Assembly: GCA_038227875.1 (NCBI GenBank)
Contig: JBBRPR010000002.1
Span: 64,001 to 128,000 of the forward strand
DNA length: 64,000 nt
From: Planctomycetota bacterium
Lineage (GTDB): Bacteria > Planctomycetota > SZUA-567 > H5-PLA8
Reading direction: 5' to 3'
The position numbers and the translations under genes were made by a program. Positions 20,214 through 30,483 of this stretch are shown here, one piece after another. Below the pieces are notes generated by a model. It saw only the letters and a list, made by a program, of their open reading frames with translations. It did not search any database and was not told where the DNA came from. Each line of letters begins with the position of its first letter. The first letter of the stretch is position 1.

Positions 20214-20661
20214 GGACCAGGAAGATCAGCGCGATCTCTACCACGACGTCTTATCGGATGCGGGTTACGAAGTGTGGGACGCGTGGAATGCCACGGAAGC
20301 GATGGAGCTGTTCCAACGCTATCATCCCGACATCGTGGTGCTTGATATCCAGATGCCCGGGATGGACGGGATCGAAGCGCTCGGGAAAATTGTGGCAAAG
20401 GACCGCCGCATTCCGGTGATTTTCTACAGCGCCTATCCCAACTACAAATCGAACTTCCTGACCTGGGCCGCGGATACCTTTGTGGTCAAGACCGGCAATC
20501 CGCTGGAACTGGTCTTCGCCGTGCGCGCTGTCTCTGAGGAGCACGGCATTGAAGTTCCGGCGCAGTGCAAGGAGTTGCTCAAGAACTACGAACCGCCGCT
20601 GGAAAAGCCCGTTGCGCCCAAGACCGATACCAGTGGCATGCCGTGGGGCAATCCGGAATAG
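20191..20661 (+). CDS. Single-domain response regulator
   Basis: ILITEDQ and VLDIQMPGMDG motifs; AGGAGG SD. Confidence 0.88.
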   Translation: MPRILITEDQEDQRDLYHDVLSDAGYEVWDAWNATEAMELFQRYHPDIVVLDIQMPGMDGIEALGKIVAKDRRIPVIFYSAYPNYKSNFLTWAADTFVVKTGNPLELVFAVRAVSEEHGIEVPAQCKELLKNYEPPLEKPVAPKTDTSGMPWGNPE

Positions 20662-20725
20662 GATACCACTCCGGAGCAGGACATCAGCGTCGTGGAAGCG
20701 GCACGGTGGCCAACTGGCCACCGTG

Positions 20726-22120
20726 TTATTCTATTCCCGCCAGGCGCCGCGCGGCCGCCAGCAGCATCCGGCTTTCCTGCCGGTTGCCGGGTCCATGCGG
20801 CAGCAGCGAAACCAGATCAAGCAGCAACCCGATATCATCAAGCGTTCCCAGCCGCCCGACCATGGCGATGGCGGTGTAACGGACGGCCGTGCTGCCGTCG
20901 GCCAATTCCAGCCTGAAATGGTGGAGCGCTTTTTCGCGCAGCGCCGGATCGTTGAGTATCTCGGCAATCTGTTCGTGCAATTGCTCGCGGCAATCGGCCT
21001 CCGCGCCGGAAATCCAATCGCGCTCCGAACCACCGGCCCCGCGGGAGCCCACGCCATGTTGTCGCAGCAGGCGCAGTGCCTTCGAGATGTAGACGATGTT
21101 CACGTAGAATGTTTTCACGACATCGTCTGAAACAAACAGCCGGTGGTCGAGGCGCGCGGCGTAGTCGTCCAGCGCCTGGCCGTTGTGTTCGATTATGTTC
21201 TGCCCGTACATATCGATCGTCCTGCCTGCATCGCCGCTGCACAAGTCGCTCCAAAGAGTGTCCAGCAGTGGCAGCGGTTCTCCCGGCGTTTTCCGGACGG
21301 TAGGCACCGGATGCAGCACGCGGTGCGCGCTGGCGGCGACGTCCCGTTCGTGGCCATCCGCGTGGGCCCCGACGCTGTGATGAATCAGGATCGCGCGGCG
21401 GTCCACGAACAGGCGTGCGTTTCCGCCGGCATCCACGCTCAGCCGTTCTCCGGATGAAGAGGCGGACGCAGCGCGCGCTTCAGTGTTGTGTTCTTCGAGT
21501 TCCTCGACCATGTAGTCGACCGTGTCGCGCGGGTCGGAATGGGAGAGCACCTGCCACATGCTGCGGACGTAACCGCCGGCCAGCCGTGGAATTTCGCCGG
21601 GAACTTTTCCGATTTCGGTGAAGAGCAATTCCGGCGCGCGATCGACGGCCTGCTTCACGGCTTGTCGCAGCACCAGTCCGAGGTCGGCGCGGAGCACCGT
21701 CATCAGCGCGCCGCGCGGGCGCGGAGCAGGTCGTGTCAGCGGCGCGACCGGTTCTGGCAACGCTGCCAGATTCTGTTGCGTGCGCTGTGCGTTGATGTCG
21801 AACTGCGGATTAATTCGAGCGATGTCCTGGATCACCGGTTCGAGCCGCTGCTGTGCCTGCCAATCCAGTTTTTCGCGCAGGAAGGTCAGCGGGCGGGTGA
21901 GATTCATCAGGAAGCGCTTCTTCGGAACGGCCGAGGGTTCTGTCGCCGGAAAGCGCGCCTGCTTTGCCGCCACCGCACTGCTCTTATGCTTCTTCAATAG
22001 CGCCTGGAGCAATTCGCACTGCTCCTTGCGAACGATTGGATCGAGTGCCGGCGCTGACGCGTCCAGCAACATCCGCCGGATCTCCCAGCTTTTATAAAGG
22101 GACTGTGCCTTCATAACCAT
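20726..22120 (-). CDS. Hypothetical protein with C-terminal HEAT-like repeat; paralog of 22216-23250
   Basis: Shared motifs SWEIRR, VDRRAILIH and GTLDDIGLLLDL. Confidence 0.75.
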   Translation of the reverse strand: MVMKAQSLYKSWEIRRMLLDASAPALDPIVRKEQCELLQALLKKHKSSAVAAKQARFPATEPSAVPKKRFLMNLTRPLTFLREKLDWQAQQRLEPVIQDIARINPQFDINAQRTQQNLAALPEPVAPLTRPAPRPRGALMTVLRADLGLVLRQAVKQAVDRAPELLFTEIGKVPGEIPRLAGGYVRSMWQVLSHSDPRDTVDYMVEELEEHNTEARAASASSSGERLSVDAGGNARLFVDRRAILIHHSVGAHADGHERDVAASAHRVLHPVPTVRKTPGEPLPLLDTLWSDLCSGDAGRTIDMYGQNIIEHNGQALDDYAARLDHRLFVSDDVVKTFYVNIVYISKALRLLRQHGVGSRGAGGSERDWISGAEADCREQLHEQIAEILNDPALREKALHHFRLELADGSTAVRYTAIAMVGRLGTLDDIGLLLDLVSLLPHGPGNRQESRMLLAAARRLAGIE

Positions 22121-22215
22121 TCATACACCTCTGAGTGCTAACACAACCACTCAACAGACGGGTACGCCACACTCTCTTTCAAAATAAAATGCACGAGTGT
22201 TGGTGAAGAACGGAG

Positions 22216-23250
22216 TCAAGCCGCGGCGAGTTTCTGTGCAGCATTGAGTAGCACGTTGCGCTCGGAAGGATCTTCGTCGGCCTGGCGGGGGAGAGCGGCG
22301 AGGTCCAGCAGCAGACCCACATCGTGAAGCGTGCCGATTTCGCTGAGCAGCTTTGTCGCTTCGAGCCGCACGGAGGCGTGGCTGTCGGCGAGGTATGGAC
22401 GCAGATGCGACAACGCGCTTTTGCGCATCAATTCGCTCAGGCTGATCAGGCGCAGCACATCTGAAACGGGATCCGGTCCCGCCAGCGCGGCGAGCCGATC
22501 GCGCCACGCCATCAACGCGTAAACGGGAACACTGGCGTTGATGCATTGATTGAGCAATTCAGCCGGCAGCGTCTCGCGCATTAGCGGATTGCTGCACTGT
22601 TCAAAGAGGTACGTCACCGCGCGTTCCGGCAGCGCTTTGCCCAACTGCAACGCGGTGCGAATGCGGCTGAAGGTAACCGAGGGCGGATCGCCGGCCTTGA
22701 TCGCCGAGTGAATGCGTCCCCACGCCAGCCGCTGCCGGTAGGTGATGCCCACAAACTGCTGCTGTGGTGTCTGGTTCTGCAGCAGCGCGCGCGGGGTGCT
22801 CTTGTCCGGAGTCCAACCGATGCCACCCCGCTCGGAGGCTTCCGCGTCATGAATCGTGCGGGGCAGGGCTTCGCCGGTGTCGGGCATCGCGGAGAAGAGC
22901 GGATCATTGAAGATGCCATCGCCCGGTGCCGCTGCGCTGGCCTGCGGATCGAGATTGGAGATGCGCTTGAGGATCCGGTTGGCTCGGCTGCTGGCTTCCG
23001 CTTCGTTTTTCACGCCCGAGACAATGCCGCGGCCGAGGTGCTCGTGGACGACAATCGCGCGCCGGTCGACGCGCATTTCCATGCGTGCGGGAAAGGTGGC
23101 CGGCGCATTTGCAGCCGGATCGCCGCGGTAACGCTTCAGGAGAAAATCGAGAATCTGCTTCTGGCTCTGCGCCACCGCCGCGTCAATTGGCCGGGAGTTG
23201 CTCTCCAGCAGTTGCCGCCGTAGTTCCCAGCTCTCGAGGAGGGTTTGCAT
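22216..23250 (-). CDS. Hypothetical protein with C-terminal HEAT-like repeat; paralog of 20726-22120
   Basis: Motifs SWELRR, VDRRAIVVH and LADSHASVRLEATKLLSEIGTLHDVGLLLDL. Confidence 0.75.
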   Translation of the reverse strand: MQTLLESWELRRQLLESNSRPIDAAVAQSQKQILDFLLKRYRGDPAANAPATFPARMEMRVDRRAIVVHEHLGRGIVSGVKNEAEASSRANRILKRISNLDPQASAAAPGDGIFNDPLFSAMPDTGEALPRTIHDAEASERGGIGWTPDKSTPRALLQNQTPQQQFVGITYRQRLAWGRIHSAIKAGDPPSVTFSRIRTALQLGKALPERAVTYLFEQCSNPLMRETLPAELLNQCINASVPVYALMAWRDRLAALAGPDPVSDVLRLISLSELMRKSALSHLRPYLADSHASVRLEATKLLSEIGTLHDVGLLLDLAALPRQADEDPSERNVLLNAAQKLAAA

Positions 23251-23302
23251 GGGTTGACTCGGTTACGCCTTTACTAAACCGCATTCACTTCGTTGGGGAT
23301 GT

Positions 23303-23442
23303 AACAGATGGGATCGGGGATCGGGCATCGGTCGTTCGGAATATCACTCGTACGAATTATCGCCAATGCAGCGGGTGACACTCAATTTTCCGCGCTCACC
23401 CACTGACCGATGCCTGATGCCTAATCCCCGATCCCATCTGTT
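23303..23442. repeat. Palindromic heptamer (GGGATCG/GGCATCG) element, copy 1
   Basis: AACAGATGGGATCGGGGATCGGGCATCGGTCG ... TGACCGATGCCTGATGCCTAATCCCCGATCCCATCTGTT. Confidence 0.9.
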
Positions 23443-23497
23443 CGAACACTTTTTACCACCGCGCCGGAGCACACATCCAATCCCGCGCTTCTCGCGC

Positions 23498-25123
23498 TTA
23501 GTGGCGAAAATGCCGGACGCCTGTCATCACCATCGCCACGTTGAAGCGGTCACAGGTTTCGATCACTTCTTTGTCCTTTACACTGCCGCCAGGTTGAATG
23601 ATCGCGGTGACACCGGCGCGCGCGGCGGCTTCGGGGCCGTCGGGGAAGGGGAAGAAGGCATCGCTGGCCAGAACCGTGTCCTTGGCCCTGTCGCCGGCCT
23701 TCTTGATGGCAATTTCGACCGAGTCGACGCGCGACATCTGGCCGGCACCCACACCGACGACGGAACAGCCCTTCGCCAGGACGATCGCGTTGGATTTGAC
23801 ATGCTTGCAGACGATCCACGAGAATTTCAGCGCGTCGAGCTCCGCCGCCGTGGGCGCGCGCTTGGTCACGGTCTTCAGATTGGCGAACTCTTCCTCCCAC
23901 AGCGAGACATCGGGACTCTGGACGAGGATGCCGCCAGGAATCGTGCGGATGTCGCGGTACTGGGCCGAGTGCGCACCGCCATTGTTGGAGCGTTTGAATT
24001 TTTCAAGCGAGCCTGCCTCGATCACGATCACATTCGCGCCCCACTTTTTCTTGGTGGTGAGCGCCTGCAGCGCATCCGGCGTGATGCTCGGCGCAACGAT
24101 GGCGTCGACTTTGAAGCCCGACGCGCCGAGAATCGCTTCGGCGATGTCGAGCGTCAGCGGGCGGTTCATCCCCAGCACACCGCCGAACGCCGACAGCGGG
24201 TCGCCGGCGTACGCTTCCAGATAGGCGTTGATCAGCGTGTCGCTGGTCGCGACGCCGCAGGGGTTGTTGTGTTTGACGACGGAAACCGCCGGCGTGGAGA
24301 ACTCCTTCACGATTTCGAAGGCGGTGTTCAGGTCGAGAACATTGTTGAAGCCGACTTCCTTGCCCCACACCTGCTTGCCGCCGGCGACGCTGGGTTCGTT
24401 GAAGCCGGGGAGCGCGTAAATCGCCGCGCCTTTCTGATGCGGATTTTCGCCATAACGCAGCGCCTGCTTCAGCGCGCCGCTGACGCTCACGGTCTGCGGG
24501 GCGTCGCCTTCGCCGAGGCTCTCGAGGTACGCGCAGATGGCGCCGTCGTAGCGGCTGGTCAGTGCGAAGACTTTCGAGGCCAGGCGCAACCGCGTGGGGC
24601 GCGTGGTGTTACCCATCGCGCGGAGCTCGCGCAGCACCGCGGTGTAGTCACTGGGGTCGGTGATGACGGTGACCGATTCCCAGTTTTTCGCCGCCGAGCG
24701 GATCATTGACGGGCCGCCGATGTCGATCTGCTCGATCGCTTCTTCGGGCGTCACGCCGCCTTTGGCGATGGTCTGTTCGAACGGGTAGAGATTCACCACG
24801 ACCAGGTCGATGGGCAGGATGCCGTGTTCTTTCGCCTGTGCCAAATGCGCGGGAAGATCGCGCCGGTAGAGCAGGCCGCCGTGGACTTTCGGGTGGAGCG
24901 TTTTAACGCGGCCGTCCATGATTTCGGGGAAGCCGGTGAGTTCGCTGATGTCCTTGACCTTCAGCCCCGCGTCGCGCAGCGCCTTGGAGGTGCCGCCGGT
25001 GGAAATCAGTTCAACATTCATGCCGGCCAGCGATTTGGCAAACTCGGCAATCCCGGTCTTATCGGAGACGGAAATCAGCGCACGTTGAATGGCGGCCGGG
25101 GCAGAAGAGGCAGAGGCGGACAT
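23498..25123 (-). CDS. purH: Bifunctional AICAR transformylase/IMP cyclohydrolase
   Basis: RALISVSDKTG, GRVKTLHP, IDIGGPSMIRSAAKN, LRYGENPHQ, KHNNPCG and ASDAFFPF motifs. Confidence 0.97.
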   Translation of the reverse strand: MSASASSAPAAIQRALISVSDKTGIAEFAKSLAGMNVELISTGGTSKALRDAGLKVKDISELTGFPEIMDGRVKTLHPKVHGGLLYRRDLPAHLAQAKEHGILPIDLVVVNLYPFEQTIAKGGVTPEEAIEQIDIGGPSMIRSAAKNWESVTVITDPSDYTAVLRELRAMGNTTRPTRLRLASKVFALTSRYDGAICAYLESLGEGDAPQTVSVSGALKQALRYGENPHQKGAAIYALPGFNEPSVAGGKQVWGKEVGFNNVLDLNTAFEIVKEFSTPAVSVVKHNNPCGVATSDTLINAYLEAYAGDPLSAFGGVLGMNRPLTLDIAEAILGASGFKVDAIVAPSITPDALQALTTKKKWGANVIVIEAGSLEKFKRSNNGGAHSAQYRDIRTIPGGILVQSPDVSLWEEEFANLKTVTKRAPTAAELDALKFSWIVCKHVKSNAIVLAKGCSVVGVGAGQMSRVDSVEIAIKKAGDRAKDTVLASDAFFPFPDGPEAAARAGVTAIIQPGGSVKDKEVIETCDRFNVAMVMTGVRHFRH

Positions 25124-25273
25124 GGCGGATCCTTTTTGCGAAGCGGAAAACAAGGGTGAATTGACGATGCCGTCTAAGTTAACGGTCGAGGGAGAATGTT
25201 GCGAGCGATTTTAGCGGCGGGATTTCTGATCTCACGGCACACCGCGCAATGCAACGAATGGTATACGGAACAC

Positions 25274-26086
25274 TCACTTCGTTGAGGAGGCGCGGAGGGG
25301 TGTGCGCTCTTCTGATTCAGTAGTGGAAGGAATGCTATCATGGGATGTGATGACGTGGGGGATTTCCAGTTTCTCCGTGTCCTGTGCGCGAAAGCAGGCG
25401 TCAAAGAGCAGCTTAAAACAAAGATAGTTTGCGGCCATGACGCTGAGCACCACACCACTGGCGTACACGGGAAAATGGATGGAGTTCAAGAGTGGGAACA
25501 CCAGTGGCAGCACGATCAGTCCGGCCAATGTTCCCAGCAAGGAGGCGCGTGCGCCGACCACGAGAGCGCTGAAAATTCCTTCGAACCCGCCACGCAACGG
25601 CATCGATGCGGCGATCATCGAGCAGGCGATGGGATAGGCGACAATCAATTTCAATTCGGAGTTGGATCTGCTTTCGCTGACCACGTAAAGGATCACCATG
25701 GTGGAGAGGAGCATGGCGCCGGCGTCTTCAATCAAGGCGCGACCCATCTGCAGCACGGCCACCAGCGTGATGATTGCGAAATAGATGATGACGAACTTTA
25801 AGGCCGCGGAGGAGTCCGCCGCGTAGATCGACGCGAGCCCCGCCAGCGCGCCGACTGGCACGGCAAGGACGCTGCGGCCAAGGTCGCCGATGGCGACGGT
25901 CATCAAATAGCCATTCCCCGCGCATAAAACAATGAAGAACAGTTTGGCGGCGCGAAATAATTCACCGGGCTGATCCATCTCCGCGCCGTTGTTAAACGCG
26001 GCCATCGTGGCCACACCCGCGATCAACGGGATGGCCATGGCCAGTGCGCCCCACGGCCAGCGTCTGAACTTCGGTTGCGAGGTCAT
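25274..26086 (-). CDS. Multi-pass membrane hypothetical protein
   Basis: About 7-8 hydrophobic segments; fills the intergenic gap. Confidence 0.65.
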   Translation of the reverse strand: MTSQPKFRRWPWGALAMAIPLIAGVATMAAFNNGAEMDQPGELFRAAKLFFIVLCAGNGYLMTVAIGDLGRSVLAVPVGALAGLASIYAADSSAALKFVIIYFAIITLVAVLQMGRALIEDAGAMLLSTMVILYVVSESRSNSELKLIVAYPIACSMIAASMPLRGGFEGIFSALVVGARASLLGTLAGLIVLPLVFPLLNSIHFPVYASGVVLSVMAANYLCFKLLFDACFRAQDTEKLEIPHVITSHDSIPSTTESEERTPLRASSTK

Positions 26087-26260
26087 GCGTCAATCTCCGC
26101 CCGGAAACAGCCACATCTGAAACCGCCCTTTTTCCTCGAGGTCACTGAATGAAAGTACAATTTTCTTGCCTCATTATGTCGGACTTATAACTGGACAGGC
26201 GGGGCGTTTCGGGTACACCCCAACTATCACCGTATTGCCACGTCTCCTTTTGGAGGTGTC

Positions 26261-28303
26261 TTGATGCCCACGCGCCGCGCCACGCCCGCAACTCCCGTGT
26301 TTCCCCGCAACGCCACACCACCGGACAAACATGGCTATCCGCATTACCAGCGCATGGCCGCAGCCACGGTGAATTTCAAGCGCGCGTATCTGAAAGAGAT
26401 CGCGGCGCGGCGGGACGTTCGCGCGAAGCTCTACCGCGGCCGGGCGAATGTGGCGAAATTCGCGCGGCGTGTGCCGGTGCTGCGAGCACAACTGGCGGAG
26501 TGCCTCGGGTTGGCGCTCGCGGCACGTAACCCGGTCGAACGGCCCCCGCGATTCGTGCGGGGAAATCCCTTGTTCTCGAAAACGCCGGAGCCGGGTACGC
26601 CGGCGTGGGCGGCCGATCTGCGCACAATTTATTACGACCTGCCCAACGCGGCATGGGACGGCGGGTCGGTGGAATTGATGGTGCTGAAGAGTGTGCAGCA
26701 CCGCGATCCGAAGTTGGCGCCGGTGTTGTTGATTCCCGATTCCGGCGCGGTGCTCTTCGGCGCGCAGAGCCCCGAGACGGCGGCGCGCGCGTGGGGCCTG
26801 GAACTGGCGGCCGCGGGATTTGTCGTCGGGATTCCCAAACTGCCCGGGCTGGAGCGTTTCTCCGCGACGCAGAACAAGCGGCGGTTGCTGGAAGGCGCGT
26901 GCACGCTGGGCGAAGTCGTCGGCGAAGCGGCGCGAGCGCTCGACGGATTGCTTCACCTATCGCCGGACAAAGCCAGGCGCGCGTGGATCGCCGGTTCCGG
27001 CGTCGGTGCCACAGCGGCGCTGCTGCTCGGCGCAACTGATGGGCGCACGGCCGGTGTGCTCTGCGATGAACTGCTGGCGATCGGTACGGGCTCGGACGTG
27101 GATGCGCTGATGGTGCCGCGCTTCAATCGGACCACGGACCTGCATGAGATCGTCGCGTCGCTCTCGCCACGGCCGGTGGTCTTCGTGAAGCCCGCGCCAG
27201 GAACGAATGGGCTGGCGGCGAATCCGGATGCGCTGCGCACAGCCTCGAAGAGCGCGACGGTTTTTCGCGCCGGGCAGAAGTCCGCTGTCATCGCGTGGAT
27301 GAAGTCGCGCAAACTCGACGCGGTGAAGTCCGCTCCGCAGAATGTGATCGTGCGCGGGAAGATTCCGAATCGGAAGTACGCCATCTGTAACGTGCCGGAC
27401 GCGAAAACGTGGCAGCAGTGGGCCAAAAAGCTCCGCGCCACGTACCGCGTCCAAGCGGGCATGCCGGCCGTTAGCAAACCGCTGGACGTTAAATTAATGG
27501 GGCGCGTCGAACTTCCCGACTGCACGCGCGAAGAGTACCACGTCCGCACGGGCGAATTCACGTGGTCGAACCTCACCTTCCTGCGTCCCCACGGACCGAA
27601 GCGAAAACGGACGACGATCCTGCATCTTCCCGGATCGGGCAGCGACGTGGCGCAAGTGGAGCATCCTTACGGCCACGAAATTGTCGCGGAAGGCTGGAAT
27701 GCGTGCATTATCGATGCGCGCGTGGCGCTCTATCCGTGGCTGCCGAACATTCCGGAAGGCACGGCCATGATCAACCAGTCGCTGCACGATTTGTGCTGCT
27801 GCCTGGATTACGTAGCCTCACGCGACGATGTGGACGCGGCGCGCATCGGCTGCATGGGCGTGTCGCAGGGCGGCACCCATACGTGGATGCTCGCCGCGAT
27901 GGACGACCGCATCGCGGCCGCCGCACCGATCTGCGGCGCCTGCACCTACCGATCATTGTGGGATGAATGGCGAACGGAGTGGTACGACGGCGAGTTCTTG
28001 AGCTTTCTCGACAGCGGCACGATCTATTACACCACGCCGGGCGTGCTGCATCTCGGTGACCAGCAGGATCTCTGCGGGCTGATCGCGCCGCGCCCGTTCG
28101 CGCTGATCGGCGCCAATCACGACAATTGTTTTCCGCTCAGTGGCATGCGCGAATGCGACCGCGATTTGACGCGGCTCTACCGACTGCACGGCAAGGCGGA
28201 GAATTTTCTCTACTACGAATTCGACGGCGAGCACAGCATGCCCGAGCATTCACGGCGCGCGGCGTATGCGTTTTTTAAGAAGGCGGGAATCGGCGGTCAC
28301 TGA
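26261..28303 (+). CDS. Tandem alpha/beta hydrolase (dienelactone hydrolase/acetylxylan esterase-like)
   Basis: RIGCMGVSQGG nucleophile elbow; LIAPRP; D and H positions in the C-terminal domain; degenerate N-terminal copy (AGSGVG, SLSPRP); GGAGG SD. Confidence 0.82.
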   Translation: MMPTRRATPATPVFPRNATPPDKHGYPHYQRMAAATVNFKRAYLKEIAARRDVRAKLYRGRANVAKFARRVPVLRAQLAECLGLALAARNPVERPPRFVRGNPLFSKTPEPGTPAWAADLRTIYYDLPNAAWDGGSVELMVLKSVQHRDPKLAPVLLIPDSGAVLFGAQSPETAARAWGLELAAAGFVVGIPKLPGLERFSATQNKRRLLEGACTLGEVVGEAARALDGLLHLSPDKARRAWIAGSGVGATAALLLGATDGRTAGVLCDELLAIGTGSDVDALMVPRFNRTTDLHEIVASLSPRPVVFVKPAPGTNGLAANPDALRTASKSATVFRAGQKSAVIAWMKSRKLDAVKSAPQNVIVRGKIPNRKYAICNVPDAKTWQQWAKKLRATYRVQAGMPAVSKPLDVKLMGRVELPDCTREEYHVRTGEFTWSNLTFLRPHGPKRKRTTILHLPGSGSDVAQVEHPYGHEIVAEGWNACIIDARVALYPWLPNIPEGTAMINQSLHDLCCCLDYVASRDDVDAARIGCMGVSQGGTHTWMLAAMDDRIAAAAPICGACTYRSLWDEWRTEWYDGEFLSFLDSGTIYYTTPGVLHLGDQQDLCGLIAPRPFALIGANHDNCFPLSGMRECDRDLTRLYRLHGKAENFLYYEFDGEHSMPEHSRRAAYAFFKKAGIGGH

Positions 28304-28770
28304 TGAATCGATTGATCCCAACCAGGGCCAGAATGCATTCCAGATTCAGGCTCAACCGAAACCCAGTCAGACATACTCAACGGCGGTTCGCCTTTCTCGG
28401 CGCGATCGATCATCTCGACTAGAATGCTCAGACAAAGGATCCAATCTTTGTGAAGTTTGCTGGTGTCGGTGAATTGCAACCGATGAAGTGCTCGCCGCGC
28501 GGCGGCGTAGAAGCGTTGATGATTGTCGACGGTCAGTTCTCGAAGATCCAAATGGCGAAGCACATTCTCATTGTCCGATTTTCTTATCCAACAGTAATCA
28601 ATATCGATATCGTCGGGACCGGGCAGTAACCCGCGCAGCCAAGTCGCCAGATCTTTTTCTGCCGGGGAGTTTATGAGTTCGTCGATAACTCCATTGATAG
28701 CGGCGTCATAGAATGTCCAGCGCCGGGCAAAGCATCTACCGTCGTGAAGAATGATGAAGCCACTGGCCAT
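28297..28770 (-). CDS. Hypothetical protein with lower-GC codon usage
   Basis: 157-aa ORF filling the gap; visibly more AT-rich than its neighbours. Confidence 0.6.
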   Translation of the reverse strand: MASGFIILHDGRCFARRWTFYDAAINGVIDELINSPAEKDLATWLRGLLPGPDDIDIDYCWIRKSDNENVLRHLDLRELTVDNHQRFYAAARRALHRLQFTDTSKLHKDWILCLSILVEMIDRAEKGEPPLSMSDWVSVEPESGMHSGPGWDQSIHQ

Positions 28771-28815
28771 GCTAAATTATCACGTAGAATTCGAATATAG
28801 ATACGGTGTGTGGCG

Positions 28816-29316
28816 CTACTCGAGCGGCTCTTTCGCTTCGCCGTCCTTCGTAACGGGCGTGGGTGCGGCGAGATCCATGATCTTCTTCTTTTCCTGCTCG
28901 GTGAGCTTGGGCCAGGCGGCCTTGATGCGGTTGAGCTCACGTTCGGCGGCCAGTGAGCGAACGGCATCGTCGGGCTTGCGCAGCGCCGCGGCGGGCACGC
29001 GTTCGTGGATTTCGGATGTGTCGAACTTGGGCATGTGGGCTGTGTGCAACGAGAACGCAAAAGCGGCGTTGGTTAGCATCCAGAGCGTGAACGACGCGGT
29101 TTCGAAAGCGACGGGGCGGAATTCGGTGACGATCATCACGTAAAGTGAAGCCAGCGCGGCGGCTCCGTAAGCGCTGACGGAGATCGCGACCAGCGGCAGG
29201 GCGTAATCGCCGTGAAGCAATTCAGAAACGATGAAGAGACCGACGACTTGAAACGTCAACCCAACGAACAAGTCTGTTCGTCGCTGGCGGACTGTCATCA
29301 GTTCGGCCGTTCGCAC
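28816..29316 (-). CDS. Membrane hypothetical protein, three TM segments
   Basis: Hydrophobic N-terminal half, charged tail, host-like codon usage. Confidence 0.6.
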   Translation of the reverse strand: MRTAELMTVRQRRTDLFVGLTFQVVGLFIVSELLHGDYALPLVAISVSAYGAAALASLYVMIVTEFRPVAFETASFTLWMLTNAAFAFSLHTAHMPKFDTSEIHERVPAAALRKPDDAVRSLAAERELNRIKAAWPKLTEQEKKKIMDLAAPTPVTKDGEAKEPLE

Positions 29317-29473
29317 GGATATGCCCCTCAGCCATGGATCGGGATCGACTCTTTATACGCATTACGCTAACGATCAGTGCGGTGAGTGTCCACAATAAAG
29401 ACGTTTCTGGCGATTATAAATTTCCAAGAAAATTGAATTAGGGATCTGGTGGGGTAGTAGGTACGACGCACCG

Positions 29474-30268
29474 CTACGCAATTTTTACGGCGATCATCGT
29501 GATGTCGTCTTCCTGTTCCAAAGCGCCAATGTGGCTCTGGACGGATTCTTCCATCAGGTCGATCATTTCGGCGGCGGACAAGGAGTAGTTTTTGACCAGC
29601 AGATCTTTGATCCGCTCTTCGCCAAACTCTTCCTTGTTCTTATTCGGAGCTTCTGAGAGACCGTCCGTGTACTGGAAAAGCAGGTCGCCCTGGCAGAGCT
29701 GGATGGTTTCTTCCTTGGTGACGACGCCAAATGTTTTGCCGGTTTTATCGACGCCGATGACCATGCCGTTGGGTTTGATCTCAGTGATGACCGGGTTGCG
29801 GCGCGGGTTGACGAGGTACGGCGGGCTGTTGCCGGCGCGCGCGAATTTGAAAATGTGCTGCTGCGTATCGAGAATGCCATAAGCGGCGGAGACGAACGTC
29901 TGGCCGTCGAGGTCCTTGCCCAGATCGGCGTTGGTCAGGGCCAGCGCCTGGAGCGGGCTGGAGAGTCCGCGCGCGTAAATCTGAAGCGCTTTCTTGGCCA
30001 TCCCCATGATGATCCCGGCTTCGACGCCGTGACCGGAAACGTCGCCCATGGCGATACCGATCTCGTGATCGGAGACCATGATGAAATCGTAGAAGTCGCC
30101 GGAGACGTTCGCGCACGGTAAGTAGAGACTCTTAAAATCGTAGCCGGGCAGTTTGGGCATGGTCGGGAGCATGTGAAGCTGGCGCTGACGCGCCGTCTTC
30201 ATGCTCTTTTCCATCTCCGTTTTTTGACGGAGCTCCGTGGCGAGTTGTTTTAGTCTTGAGGCATCCAT
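29474..30268 (-). CDS. PP2C-type Ser/Thr phosphatase (SpoIIE/RsbU family), stand-alone
   Basis: VSGDFYDF, GDVSGHG, YTDGLSEA and DDIT motifs. Confidence 0.92.
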   Translation of the reverse strand: MDASRLKQLATELRQKTEMEKSMKTARQRQLHMLPTMPKLPGYDFKSLYLPCANVSGDFYDFIMVSDHEIGIAMGDVSGHGVEAGIIMGMAKKALQIYARGLSSPLQALALTNADLGKDLDGQTFVSAAYGILDTQQHIFKFARAGNSPPYLVNPRRNPVITEIKPNGMVIGVDKTGKTFGVVTKEETIQLCQGDLLFQYTDGLSEAPNKNKEEFGEERIKDLLVKNYSLSAAEMIDLMEESVQSHIGALEQEDDITMIAVKIA

Positions 30269-30483
30269 ACGTTGAATACGAGCCCTGGGTGTAACGGGCC
30301 TGATGAAATACACACGTCTACTTCAGCGCGTTCGCGCACAGGCGAATTTCATCAGGTCCGCCACTACACACACGTTCACTCTACCTGACCCGTGCACATA
30401 GAGTCAAACGCGTATTCGCTAGATAAAAATCTAAGTGAACCTTCGGCAGAAACTGCGCGCGGAAACTACCGGATGCAACACAC

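Noticed and set aside
22115..22141. CIRCE (HrcA) operator
   Set aside because: Only the GAGTGCTAA half is present. The other half does not match at the required 9-bp spacing.
25124..25273. ZTP (pfl) riboswitch upstream of purH
   Set aside because: The conserved riboswitch motifs are not recognisable on the minus strand.
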